22,578 bases of DNA from a virus (Duplodnaviria; Heunggongvirae; Uroviricota; Caudoviricetes). The position numbers and the translations under genes were made by a program. The stretch is taken from positions 1-22,578 of the IMG/VR virus record IMGVR_UViG_3300048577_000420; one strand, written 5' to 3'. The notes below the pieces were generated by a model. The model searched no databases, had not been told where the DNA came from, and saw nothing but the letters and a program-made list of their open reading frames with translations. Positions within the stretch are counted from its first letter, which is position 1, and each line of letters begins with the position of its first letter. This document shows positions 6,451-15,107 of this stretch, one piece after another.

Positions 6451-7469
6451 GCCGCCATCCCCTCCACCAGGGCCGCGGCGCGCTCGACGCCCTCGGCCGT
6501 GAGCTCGCGGCCCTGCGGAGCGATGCGCAGCAGCCCCTTCTGGATGAGCAGCTTCTCCGTGTGGCGGGGCGGCGTCGGCTCGCCCAGCGCCTGGGCGATG
6601 GACTTCTCGCCGCCGCGGAAGTTCGGCTGGGTGAAGAGGATCGCGAGGTACTGCTGGGCCAGGCGGTCGAGGCCGTCCGGCGTCAGGCCGGACCAGCGGT
6701 ACATCGCGTCCATCGGGTAGGTGTCGACGTCAGCCGTGAGGCCGTCCGCGAGGGCGCTGTCGCGCAGGATCTTCAGGAGCTGGGTGATCGCCCGGGGGTT
6801 GCAGTTCGCGGCCTCCACGATCGCCCGGCGGTTCCACTCGGACGGCATCGCCATGCCGATCGAGCAGAAGATCCCGCGGGCCGAGACCTGGACGATCTGC
6901 TCGGCCTCCGCCGGGGTGTACGACTCCAGCACGGGCTTCACGGTGAAGCGCGACAGGATCGCCTCGGGGAGCTTCTGCGCGTCGGTCGTCGCGGCGATGA
7001 TCGTCACGTTCGGCACGCGGGTGATGCCGGTCGCCGTGACGATGACGCCGTCCTGCAGGTAGGAGAGCAGCCACTCGACCTTCGCCTTGCCGGCGGAGAC
7101 CGCGTTGTGGATCTCGTCCCAGAACAGGATGTCGCCGTCCTGCATCGCCGTGAGGATCCGGATCGCGTCGCTGACGTCGACCGGCCCCTGGACCTCGGCG
7201 AGGCCGACCTCCATCTCCTGGGCCACGAGGCGCACCAGCGCGCTCTTGCCGATGCCGGCCGTGCCAGAGGCGATGAGGACGTGGTCCAGGCGGGTGCGGC
7301 GGAACTTCGCCGAGAGCGCGGCGGCCCGCAGGAAGCCCTTGGCCTCGTCCTGGCCGACGTAGTCCTTCCAACGGGTCGGGTAGTCGGTGCCCTCGAACAG
7401 AGCCGCCCCGCGCTTGGGGCCGGGGCGGTTGGCGATGCGGTTCTGCAGCAGGGTGTTGGTGCTCGTCAT
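6447..7469 (-). CDS. ruvB: RuvB-like AAA+ helicase / branch-migration motor (340 aa)
   Basis: Start re-called to ATG 7469. PTRWKDYVGQ, LDHVLI, Walker A GTAGIGKS, GDILFWDEIH (Walker B), AATT (sensor I), LSRF (Arg finger), NPR (sensor II), GLDRL and a winged-helix-type tail LIQKGLLRIAPQGR. Divergent homologue, not the host ruvB. Confidence 0.85.
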   Translation of the reverse strand: MTSTNTLLQNRIANRPGPKRGAALFEGTDYPTRWKDYVGQDEAKGFLRAAALSAKFRRTRLDHVLIASGTAGIGKSALVRLVAQEMEVGLAEVQGPVDVSDAIRILTAMQDGDILFWDEIHNAVSAGKAKVEWLLSYLQDGVIVTATGITRVPNVTIIAATTDAQKLPEAILSRFTVKPVLESYTPAEAEQIVQVSARGIFCSIGMAMPSEWNRRAIVEAANCNPRAITQLLKILRDSALADGLTADVDTYPMDAMYRWSGLTPDGLDRLAQQYLAILFTQPNFRGGEKSIAQALGEPTPPRHTEKLLIQKGLLRIAPQGRELTAEGVERAAALVEGMAA

Positions 7470-8020
7470 GCGTTCTCCTCTCGGGGGCCGAACGTCTTGC
7501 GCAGCGTGTCGCGTGCGGGGGTGTCGGAGGCGGTCGGGGGGTTGGGGTCGACGTCGTCGTCGGCGGGGGCCAGGAAGCCCTCGGCGAGCATCGCGGCGAG
7601 CATGTTCGCGTCGCCGACGTACCCGGTGCCCGAGGGCTTGAGGACGAGGGTGCGGCCGTCCAGCCAGTGGCGGAGCGCATCCTCGGGGGACCCGTCGCCG
7701 AGTGGCTCGGCGGCGAGGGTGACGGTGGTGCTGGCGCTGGGCAGGCGCAGCGCCGCCTCCAGCGTCGCGACGTCCATGAAGGCGTCCAGGGCGTCGTCGT
7801 CCGGCACGGAGCCGGCCGGGACTGGATCGCCCTTGGTGACGTCGGGGTGCATCGCGATGAAGGTCTGCACACGGGAGATGGCGCGCTGGAGCGACTCCAG
7901 GGCCGGCGTGAGCTCGGCGATCGGGCGATCGTTCGGGAGCGCATCGGCGGCGAGCGTGAGCTTCATGACCTCGGTGCTGACCGCGCCGAACACCTCGCTC
8001 GCCTTCTTCATCATGGTCAT
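7466..8020 (-). CDS. Hypothetical protein (184 aa)
   Basis: TGATG and ATGA overlaps on both sides; AAGGAG upstream; GC3 bias. Confidence 0.75.
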   Translation of the reverse strand: MTMMKKASEVFGAVSTEVMKLTLAADALPNDRPIAELTPALESLQRAISRVQTFIAMHPDVTKGDPVPAGSVPDDDALDAFMDVATLEAALRLPSASTTVTLAAEPLGDGSPEDALRHWLDGRTLVLKPSGTGYVGDANMLAAMLAEGFLAPADDDVDPNPPTASDTPARDTLRKTFGPREENA

Positions 8021-9003
8021 CAGATCTCCTTCCCGGCCGCGAACTCGCGCGCGAGCGCCGCGAGGGACTTCTTCGCCACGTCGGACGCTCCGGCGGTGCG
8101 GTCGAGGCTCTCATCGAGCAACTCGGAGTAGTGGGCGGTGCGCTCCATGATCGCCGAATACCGGTCGCGGAGGGCCTTGTACGTCTTGGGCGTAATGGCG
8201 GTGGTTCGGGCCTTCTGGAGATCCACCACGAGCTCGCTCAACGCGGCGTCATTGTCGTCCTGGAATGCCGCGAGGATGTGCTCTCTCTGATCGGCAAGAT
8301 CCACGAGGGGGATGAGGTCCACCTTGCATCCCTTCAGCGTGCCCACGGCCTCCGCGAACCGACGGAGCTCGTCCGCGTGGGCAATGGGCACGAAGTGCAC
8401 CGAGCTCTTCAGTGGGACCGACTGCAGCCGCACCCGGAGGTAAGACAGGATCATGGCACGGATGCGCGTGCCCTCCAGCGAGTTGAGGTAACGGTCGTAG
8501 TCGCGGCGCACGGATGCACCCAGACGGCGCAGGTGCTCCATCTCGCCGGGCTGGAGCTTGGCGTCGGACGGTGCGAACTGGAACCGGGCGCCGCTCTCGT
8601 CGACGATGCCGCCGCGACGCGGCGCGCGGTAGAGGCGCACCTCACCGGCGTACTCCCAGCCCAGGGCGCTGCGCGAGTCGACACGCAGCTCGCGCATGAT
8701 GACGCGCAGCGAGACCTCGGACGGGTTCGGCGCCGCGACCTCGCGGAACTGGACCCGCGCCTCGACGTCGGCCGCGATCTGGTACTTCCACTCGTCGTGG
8801 TTGCGGAGCGCCTTCTTGAACGCGTCCACCGATCGCGAGACCGGCGGGATCTGGCTCACGTCGAGCCGGCGCGCCTCGAACTCCTCGACCAGCCGCGCGC
8901 GGTCGTGCTCGGCGTCGGCGCCCAGCGTGAGCGCGACGTAGCCCAGCAGCGCATCCTCCGGAAGACGCCCCGACGCGTCGAGGTATGCCTTCAACTTGCT
9001 CAT
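8020..9003 (-). CDS. Hypothetical protein, DUF6744/DUF3150-like (327 aa)
   Basis: N-terminal LLGYVALT...IPPVSRSVDAFKKALR and later SSVHFVP recall the DUF6744/DUF3150 proteins that accompany AAA/vWA genes in mobile elements. Recognition only; the ORF itself is well supported (GGGGAGG SD). Confidence 0.6.
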   Translation of the reverse strand: MSKLKAYLDASGRLPEDALLGYVALTLGADAEHDRARLVEEFEARRLDVSQIPPVSRSVDAFKKALRNHDEWKYQIAADVEARVQFREVAAPNPSEVSLRVIMRELRVDSRSALGWEYAGEVRLYRAPRRGGIVDESGARFQFAPSDAKLQPGEMEHLRRLGASVRRDYDRYLNSLEGTRIRAMILSYLRVRLQSVPLKSSVHFVPIAHADELRRFAEAVGTLKGCKVDLIPLVDLADQREHILAAFQDDNDAALSELVVDLQKARTTAITPKTYKALRDRYSAIMERTAHYSELLDESLDRTAGASDVAKKSLAALAREFAAGKEI

Positions 9004-9023
9004 GGTCCTCCCCTCTCATGACG

Positions 9024-9053
9024 GAGGCCCGCCCCCCGAAAGGGACGGGCCTC
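9024..9053 (-). other. 13-bp RNA hairpin with UUCG tetraloop
   Basis: Minus transcript GAGGCCCGUCCCU-UUCG-GGGGGCGGGCCUC; the DNA-level mismatches are U.G pairs only on this strand. Confidence 0.7.
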
Positions 9054-9054
9054 G

Positions 9055-9078
9055 CGATTCGTGCGCTAGCAGGAAGCG
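9055..9078. promoter_or_regulatory. Palindromic operator-like motif, copy A
   Basis: CGATTCGTGC-GCTA-GCAGGAAGCG; imperfect dyad, 23/24 identical to 22206-22229. Confidence 0.7.
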
Positions 9079-10557
9079 TCAGGATTGACGCATGATGTCC
9101 CGAACTTGCTGGACATCGGTGAGGTCGGCGACCGTCCTCAAGTCGTCGGCGATCTGGGCGAGCACAGCGGGCATTCCGCCGTGCCCGGACGTGACATAGA
9201 TCCCGAAGCACTTCGCCGTGAGACGGCGCCGGGATTCCGTCCACTCGTCGATGAATGCCGGCACGGGCGCCTGGCCGTCGGTGATGAAGACGATGTCCGG
9301 CCGCGCCTTGTCCGACGCACGGATGAGGTCGAGCGCCCGCCTGAGCGGCTTGTCGAAGGACGTGCCGCCGTTCAGGAAGCCCTCCGCCATGTCGAGCACG
9401 TCGAGCTGGTTCACGCGGCCGGCCGGGAACGAGAACTCCCGGAGCCCCTCGTACTCGGACCCGAAGCCGATGTAGTGGAAGTCGCGCTTCTGCCGCCGCG
9501 CCTGGTCGAGCAGCGCGAGGGCGAGGCCCTTGGCCCACATCTCGCCCGGCCCGTCCATCGAGCCGGACTCGTCGGCCACCACGATGATCGGGCCGCGGCC
9601 CTCGCGCTCGCGACCACGCAGCCGCTTGATGAGCAGGCCGCCCTCGACGTACCGACGCCAGAAGTCGTCCTCCGTCTCGGGCGAGGCCAGGTTGATCAGC
9701 TCCTGGGTGGTGAGGCGCGTGAGGTCGTTGCCGAACTCGACGCCCACCGCCTCGTCGGCGGCGTCGGTCACCCGGCGCCGGTACTCGGCAGACGCCAGCT
9801 GGCGGAACGCGCCGATCAGCTGGGCGAACTGCCGGAGCTTCTCGCCGGAGAGCCGCTGGGCCAGCGCGGCGCGCTCCTTGAACGACAGCCGCTGGAGCGA
9901 GCCCGGATCGATGCCGTACTGCAGCGCCGTCTCGTTCTCCTGCTCCGCCTGCTCGGCGGCGTCGTTCAGCGACTGGCGCAGCCCGTTGCGCAGGCCCGCC
10001 GAGGTGGCCTCGGCCTCGGCCTGCAGCTGGTCGGACATCTCCTGCGCCTGCTGGGCCGCCTCGTCGGCCGCCTGCTGGAGGTTCGGATCGCCGGGCGCGC
10101 CGGCGGCCTGCTCCGCAGCGTCACGGGCCCGCTCGCGGGCCTGCTGGGCGGCCTGGGCCTGCTCGCGCAGCTCCTTGGCCCGCTCCAGGGCCGTGTGGAG
10201 CGGCTTCTTGAGCGAGAGCATCCCCATCGCCGACGCGTAGTTGTCCGCGACGGTGAAGTTCCGAAGACGCTGGAGCTCGGGCAGGGACGCCATGTCCTGC
10301 ACGATCTGCCGGTTGGGGATGTGCGTGGCGCGCATCTCGTCCCGGGTGCGGAGCTCGGGGTCGCCCTTGGCCAGGAGGTTGAAGACGTCCTGCGTGAAGT
10401 CCTCGACGTAGTCGTAGGTCTTGCGCAGCCCGCCGACCATCTCGTCGAGCGCGGTGGAGTCCTCGCGGACCTCGTCCCACATCGCCTTGTCGAAGCGGTC
10501 GAACGGCACCGCGTCGGTGTGCTCCTGCTCGGGGTCCATCCAGTCGAACACGGTCAT
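9079..10557 (-). CDS. vWA (MIDAS) domain protein, ViaA-like (492 aa)
   Basis: C-terminal IIVVADESGSM (DxSxS), GGTSFDKPL and DIVFITDG; helical Ala/Gln-rich middle; directly downstream of the MoxR-type ATPase. Confidence 0.9.
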   Translation of the reverse strand: MTVFDWMDPEQEHTDAVPFDRFDKAMWDEVREDSTALDEMVGGLRKTYDYVEDFTQDVFNLLAKGDPELRTRDEMRATHIPNRQIVQDMASLPELQRLRNFTVADNYASAMGMLSLKKPLHTALERAKELREQAQAAQQARERARDAAEQAAGAPGDPNLQQAADEAAQQAQEMSDQLQAEAEATSAGLRNGLRQSLNDAAEQAEQENETALQYGIDPGSLQRLSFKERAALAQRLSGEKLRQFAQLIGAFRQLASAEYRRRVTDAADEAVGVEFGNDLTRLTTQELINLASPETEDDFWRRYVEGGLLIKRLRGREREGRGPIIVVADESGSMDGPGEMWAKGLALALLDQARRQKRDFHYIGFGSEYEGLREFSFPAGRVNQLDVLDMAEGFLNGGTSFDKPLRRALDLIRASDKARPDIVFITDGQAPVPAFIDEWTESRRRLTAKCFGIYVTSGHGGMPAVLAQIADDLRTVADLTDVQQVRDIMRQS

Positions 10558-10572
10558 CGCCTCCCTCGGGGC

Positions 10573-11727
10573 TCAGTCCTCGATGCCGAGGTGCTTGATG
10601 CCCTCCGCCTTGATCTCCGCGGCCTGGGCCAGCAGCGTGTCGATGACGCGGGTGGGCCGGCCGTTCGCCTGGACCTTGGCCAGGAGCTTCTTGGCGGCCT
10701 TCTCGATCTTGTTGACCTTGCCCATCGCCTCGGGGATGTAGGCGAAGAGCTTGTCCTCCGCCTCGCCCTCCTTGGCCCGCATGGTGGCGCGGATCTCGGC
10801 GAGCTCGTCCGCCAGGCCGGCGGCCTCGTCGGCGTCCGGGGACGCCACGGCGAGGATCGTGCGCTCGACCTTGGCCTTCTGCTCCAGGTCCTCCCAGAGC
10901 GTGTAACGCAGCGCGTAGAGGTCCTCGACCTCCGCGACGGCACGGCCGGCGAGCCAGGCCTGCGCCCGCACGACCTTCATCGACTCGCGCCAGCGGCGGT
11001 CCGAGACCGTGATGCCGAGCTTGCGCAGGTCGCCGCGGATCCGCAGGACCCCGTCGAGGACGTCGTCGAGCAGCACCACCTTCTCGACCTCGCCGCACGC
11101 CACCACGAGGTCGTCGTAGCTGATCGTGGTCGTGGTGCTCGGCGCGGAGGCGCGCTCCATGAGGCCCTTGAAGTCCGCGTCCGAGGCGATGTAGTCGACG
11201 ACGCACCGGAGCAGCAGGCGGTCCCAGAGCGCGGCCTCGTCCTCGCTCTCGGAGGCCGGCAGCTCGTTGCTGGCGGTGAAGGCCGAATGGAGCGGGATGT
11301 CGATGGCCGAGCGCTTGCCGTTGACCTCGTGCTTGATCCGCTCGTTGAGCGCGGCGAGAAGGTCGTGGCCGAGGGTCGGGCTGGCCTTGCCGACCTCGTC
11401 GAGGAAGGCGAACTCGACCGCGGTGAGGTAGCCCTCGTCCTTGCGGCGGAACTCGCCCTGGTCGCGCAGGAGCGGCAGGTCGTACGGGCCGAGCACCGCG
11501 GAGTCGGGCCGGTTCTTGCTGAGCAGCTGCTCGAAGTAGCGCGCACCGTCGATGCGGTCGACGAAGGCGCGCACGAGGAGCGACTTGCCGGTGCCGGGCG
11601 GCCCCAGGGTGAAGCTGTGCTGGCGCGTGAGCGCGGCCAGGATCATGCAGTCGACGGCGTCGGCGCGCTCGTAGAAGCCCTCGTTGAGCTCGCTACGGAT
11701 TGCGGCGATCGCCTGAGCGGTGGTCAC
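10573..11727 (-). CDS. MoxR/RavA-type AAA+ ATPase (384 aa)
   Basis: GFYERADAV, Walker A GPPGTGKS, FLDEVGKAS, LLAALNER, ASNELP, ALWDRLLLR and SDRRW match the RavA subfamily. Confidence 0.9.
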   Translation of the reverse strand: MTTAQAIAAIRSELNEGFYERADAVDCMILAALTRQHSFTLGPPGTGKSLLVRAFVDRIDGARYFEQLLSKNRPDSAVLGPYDLPLLRDQGEFRRKDEGYLTAVEFAFLDEVGKASPTLGHDLLAALNERIKHEVNGKRSAIDIPLHSAFTASNELPASESEDEAALWDRLLLRCVVDYIASDADFKGLMERASAPSTTTTISYDDLVVACGEVEKVVLLDDVLDGVLRIRGDLRKLGITVSDRRWRESMKVVRAQAWLAGRAVAEVEDLYALRYTLWEDLEQKAKVERTILAVASPDADEAAGLADELAEIRATMRAKEGEAEDKLFAYIPEAMGKVNKIEKAAKKLLAKVQANGRPTRVIDTLLAQAAEIKAEGIKHLGIED

Positions 11728-11784
11728 GCGGGTTCTCCTCCTTCTGGGGACGGTTGACGTTGCGGTGGTCGATGGCGAGCGGCA

Positions 11785-11904
11785 TCAGAGGCCCAGCCGC
11801 GCGTCGCGGTAGCGCTCGTAGGCGTCGTCGGGGTCGGGCTCGTCGTCGTCCTCGCCCTCACGGGTGAGCCAGCGCTCCAGCTGGGCGTCGGTCGGCGAGC
11901 GCAT
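11785..11904 (-). CDS. Small acidic protein (39 aa, MRSPTDAQLERWL...)
   Basis: TGATG overlap with the upstream gene and GGAGG SD. Confidence 0.6.
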   Translation of the reverse strand: MRSPTDAQLERWLTREGEDDDEPDPDDAYERYRDARLGL

Positions 11905-12410
11905 CAGTCCTCCGTGGGGCCGACGGCGAGCACCGCGAACTGGGCCACGAGGATGACTTCCTCCCCGGGGCCGAGCGGCTGGCGGGCGACGCTCTCGGCG
12001 GCCCGAGCCATGACCCAGCCGGTCGCGCTCTCCTCCGAGCGCTCCGCGGGCTCGACGAAGGCGTGGTCCTTGATGTCGAGCTCCGGGAAGCCGCTCTGCT
12101 CGGGCTGGTCGGCGTGCTCGGCGCGGCAGGTGCCGCAAGCGGCGCACGGCTCGGAGGCGTTGATCTGCTCCAGCGTCATCGGGTAGTAGGTGTCCGGTCC
12201 GACGTCGGTGTACGGGGCGCCGGCGATGATGCTGAGCGGGCCCTCCGGGAAGCGCCCGCGGATCGCGATGATCGAGTTCGGCTTGCAGGTGCAGACCGTC
12301 GGCAGCAGCTCCGGGAAGTCGGCGGCGGCCGGCCAGTTGTGCAGCCCGCAGTCGCTCTTGTGCCCGCAGCTCTCGCACGACGCGGGGTGCTCGACCGTGT
12401 AGTCGCGCAT
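11904..12410 (-). CDS. Cys/His-rich, probably metal-binding hypothetical protein (168 aa)
   Basis: CESCGHKSDCGLH, CTC and CAACGTC; GAGGAG SD. Confidence 0.75.
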   Translation of the reverse strand: MRDYTVEHPASCESCGHKSDCGLHNWPAAADFPELLPTVCTCKPNSIIAIRGRFPEGPLSIIAGAPYTDVGPDTYYPMTLEQINASEPCAACGTCRAEHADQPEQSGFPELDIKDHAFVEPAERSEESATGWVMARAAESVARQPLGPGEEVILVAQFAVLAVGPTED

Positions 12411-12420
12411 GTCTCTCCTC

Positions 12421-13320
12421 TCAGTAGACGGGCAGCAGCGCCAGCTGGTCAGCGGTCGCCGCGGTGATGGGCAGGTCGGTGCGCTGCCCGCGGTACACGG
12501 GGAAGCGCAGGGTGTTCTCGCGCGTGCGGTTGAGCGCGTCGACCTCGATCGCGAACATCTCGCCGGCGTCGAGGCGCCCCTGCAGGACGGCCTCCTCGCG
12601 GGCGCTCCAGCCGGTGCCGACCTTGCCGATCGGGATCGGCCCGTCCTCGCCGAGGAGCGCCAGCAGGATGGCGCCGAAGTCGCGCCGCTGGCCCTGCTCG
12701 TAGCCCGCGGCGATCGCCGTGAGCCGCTGGACGGCCTTGAACTTGACCCAGGAGGAGGCGCGCTCCCCCGGCAGGTAGAAGCTCTTGCGGAGCTTGACGA
12801 TGATCCCCTCGCCGCCGGCGGCCACGACCTCGTTCCAGAGGCCGAGGATGTCCCCGGACTGGCGCACGGGCCGCACGATCCTGCGGTTGCCGATGACCCC
12901 GCGCATGAGGGTGAGCCGGGTGTGCAGCGGCTGGGTCATGAGCGACTGGCCGCCGGAGCGGAGGAAGTCGAACGCCTTGAAGTAGCAGGGGTTCGCCTTC
13001 GCGGCCGCGGCGTACGCGCCGGTCTGCTTGTCACGCGTCGCCACGGTGCTGAAGAGCCCGTCTCGCGCGACGATCTCGCCGTCCAGGACGACGTCGCCGG
13101 CGGGCAGGCGGACGCGAGCGATCTCGGGGAAGCGCGCGGTGATGTCGATCATGCTCCGGTTCACGAGCCGGACCCGGTCGCCCTCCTGGTAGAGGATCGC
13201 GCGGATGCCGTCGACCTTCTCCTGGGCGATCCACTCGCCGCGGCCGGCGAGGTCGGTGAGGAGGATGGGCTGGCGGTTGCTGGCGCCCGAACTGGGCACC
13301 GCGAGCATCGGACGGATCAT
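12421..13320 (-). CDS. Minimal ATP-dependent DNA ligase (299 aa)
   Basis: Start re-called to ATG 13320. PMLA, EKVDG (motif I KxDG), LDGEI, AFD, EGIIVK, WVKFK and an OB-fold tail LRFPVY; no LigD polymerase or phosphoesterase domain. Confidence 0.92.
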   Translation of the reverse strand: MIRPMLAVPSSGASNRQPILLTDLAGRGEWIAQEKVDGIRAILYQEGDRVRLVNRSMIDITARFPEIARVRLPAGDVVLDGEIVARDGLFSTVATRDKQTGAYAAAAKANPCYFKAFDFLRSGGQSLMTQPLHTRLTLMRGVIGNRRIVRPVRQSGDILGLWNEVVAAGGEGIIVKLRKSFYLPGERASSWVKFKAVQRLTAIAAGYEQGQRRDFGAILLALLGEDGPIPIGKVGTGWSAREEAVLQGRLDAGEMFAIEVDALNRTRENTLRFPVYRGQRTDLPITAATADQLALLPVY

Positions 13321-13331
13321 GAGGCCCCCTC

Positions 13332-14081
13332 TCAACGGAAGATGTCGTGGGTGTGGATCGTGGGGTCGATGCCGGGCCGCTTGAGGCGGGTCACGTGCAC
13401 CCCGTCTCGCTGGCTGACGGCGAAGGTGCGGACGGCTGAAGGGCTCCAGTGCGGGTGCCGTGCGAGCTGCTCCGCGTGGGCCTCGCGCCACGCCGCGCAC
13501 CAGGCCTCCGCCTCCTCGCGGCTCAGGTGGGCTGACCACACGTGCTCGTCCCTGCGCATGGGGTTGGTCTCGGTGACGCACCACGTGCCCGGCGGTAGGA
13601 CGGCCTCCTCCTGGAGGGCGTCGAGGTAGAGGTAGGCCCGGAGCCGGGCGCCAGGCTCGGGGTGCGTGAACAGCGCAGGCAGCGCCGCCAGCATGGCCGC
13701 GGGGTCGGGCATGACCTCCTCGGTGTCCCGAGGGCTCATCGGCGGTGCGGTGTGGTGGCCGTTCTGCGCCAGGAAGGGCTTCAGCTCGGGGAGGTTGGCG
13801 GGCGGCCACGCCGCCGGCCGCTCCTCGTCCAGGTGGACGTACGGCACGACGTGGGCGATCCGGTACTCGCCGTCCTCATCCCAGTAGGCCAGCTGGATGC
13901 CCTCGGGAGTCGTGCTCATCGAGGCCATCGGGTCGCCGCTCTGGTTGTCGTGGATGATGACGTCGTCGCCCTCCTCCTCCCCATTGGGGAGGCGGAGGGC
14001 GAACCAGAAGTCGCCGCTGAGCGAGAAGGCGTGCACACCCGGCTGCGGCTCGTCGGCCTCCAGGTCCTCCTGGGTCGTCAC
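13332..14081 (-). CDS. Hypothetical protein with acidic N-terminal region (249 aa)
   Basis: GTG start overlapping the Ku stop (GTGA); sits between ku and the ligase gene. Confidence 0.75.
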   Translation of the reverse strand: MTTQEDLEADEPQPGVHAFSLSGDFWFALRLPNGEEEGDDVIIHDNQSGDPMASMSTTPEGIQLAYWDEDGEYRIAHVVPYVHLDEERPAAWPPANLPELKPFLAQNGHHTAPPMSPRDTEEVMPDPAAMLAALPALFTHPEPGARLRAYLYLDALQEEAVLPPGTWCVTETNPMRRDEHVWSAHLSREEAEAWCAAWREAHAEQLARHPHWSPSAVRTFAVSQRDGVHVTRLKRPGIDPTIHTHDIFR

Positions 14082-14917
14082 GCGACGGCCGCCTTCTTGC
14101 GCGACCGCGGCGCCTTCTTCGTCGCCGCGCCGGCGCCCGCGACCTGCGCGGCGAGCTTCGCCATGAGGTCGGCGACGTTGGCGGCCGGCGTCGCGACGGT
14201 CGCGCCCTCGGTGGCGATCACCTCGCGGCCGGCCACGATCTCGGCCATGCGCTTCTCGAAGGTAGAGGCGTAGGTCTCGGGGTCGTAGTCGGTGATCTGC
14301 CCGGGGAGCGCGAGTATCTGCTCGGCGAGCTGGACGAGCGCCTCGGGCACGTCGGCGTCGATCGCCGGCGCCTCGCGGACCTCGCCGGCACGCGTCCGCT
14401 CCTGCAGGACCAGCGCGCCGCCGTACACGCGCACCTGGAACTGGGAGGCGGAGGATCGGGGCGTCCACTGGGTCATGAACGCCAGGTCGGGGTGGGCCTC
14501 GATGAGCGCCCGGAGCGTGCCGTAGGTCGCCTCGTGGCCCTTCTCGGGCGCGAGGAAGTACATCTTCTCCCCCACGCTCGTGAGGACCTCGACCTGGGGC
14601 GCCGGGTGGGCGGAGACGTCGGCCTTCTTCTTGAACTTCTCGGCGTCGGCGTTCGCCTCCGCCAGGTCCTCCGCGGTCAGGAGGACGAGTCCGCCCTCGA
14701 CCGGCCGAGCCTTCTTGAGCTGCTGGGCGGGCACCTCGCCGCACGTGCCGCAGACCCGCGGCTGGCTGATGCGCTTGGGCTCGTGGCTCCCGAGCCCGTC
14801 GCAGACCATGACGTTGCCCGTGCTGCCGGTCTTCTCCAGCGCCGAGGTCATGCTGACCGAGGTCGAGATGACCCCGAAGGACAGGGCCACGCCCGAGGCG
14901 ATGCTGCGTGCTGCCAT
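14078..14917 (-). CDS. ku: Ku-like DNA end-binding protein (279 aa)
   Basis: MAARSIASGVALSFGVISTSV (compare Ku MR.IW.G.ISFGLV.IPV), RISQPRVCGTCGEV, VLLTAEDL, YFLAP, and a basic Lys/Ala tail KKAPRSRKKAAVA. Divergent. Confidence 0.85.
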   Translation of the reverse strand: MAARSIASGVALSFGVISTSVSMTSALEKTGSTGNVMVCDGLGSHEPKRISQPRVCGTCGEVPAQQLKKARPVEGGLVLLTAEDLAEANADAEKFKKKADVSAHPAPQVEVLTSVGEKMYFLAPEKGHEATYGTLRALIEAHPDLAFMTQWTPRSSASQFQVRVYGGALVLQERTRAGEVREAPAIDADVPEALVQLAEQILALPGQITDYDPETYASTFEKRMAEIVAGREVIATEGATVATPAANVADLMAKLAAQVAGAGAATKKAPRSRKKAAVA

Positions 14918-14966
14918 GCTGATCTCCCCTCTCTCACCTATGGCCGGCGGTGAGCTGATTCGGTAG

Positions 14967-15107
14967 TCACCTCCTGGTGAGGACCACCAGGAGCGGGATG
15001 AGGACGGCGGCGATGGCCGCGCCGATGACCGCGCCCGCCACGAGGGCTGACACGGTGGATGCGGTGAGGTCTGGTTCTGGCTCGGCGTCGTCGAGTTCGA
15101 CGATCAC
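14967..15107 (-). CDS. Small membrane protein (46 aa)
   Basis: GTGA overlap start; single hydrophobic helix followed by TRR. Confidence 0.65.
   Translation of the reverse strand: MIVELDDAEPEPDLTASTVSALVAGAVIGAAIAAVLIPLLVVLTRR

Noticed and set aside
9085-11757. 890-aa plus-strand ORF, and similar long antisense ORFs at 6561-8150, 8131-9021, 12409-13629, 17295-18572 and 20862-22118
   Set aside because: They mirror well-supported minus-strand genes. Stop-free antisense frames are expected with strong GC3 bias, and the translations have no recognisable motifs.
11693-11785. Short ORF MPLAIDHRNVNRPQKEENPRDHRSGDRRNP starting at a TGATG overlap
   Set aside because: It runs about 35 nt out of frame into the AAA+ gene and has no features supporting a real product.
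12421-13320. Calling the ligase LigD
   Set aside because: No polymerase or phosphoesterase domain; only the adenylation and OB domains are present.
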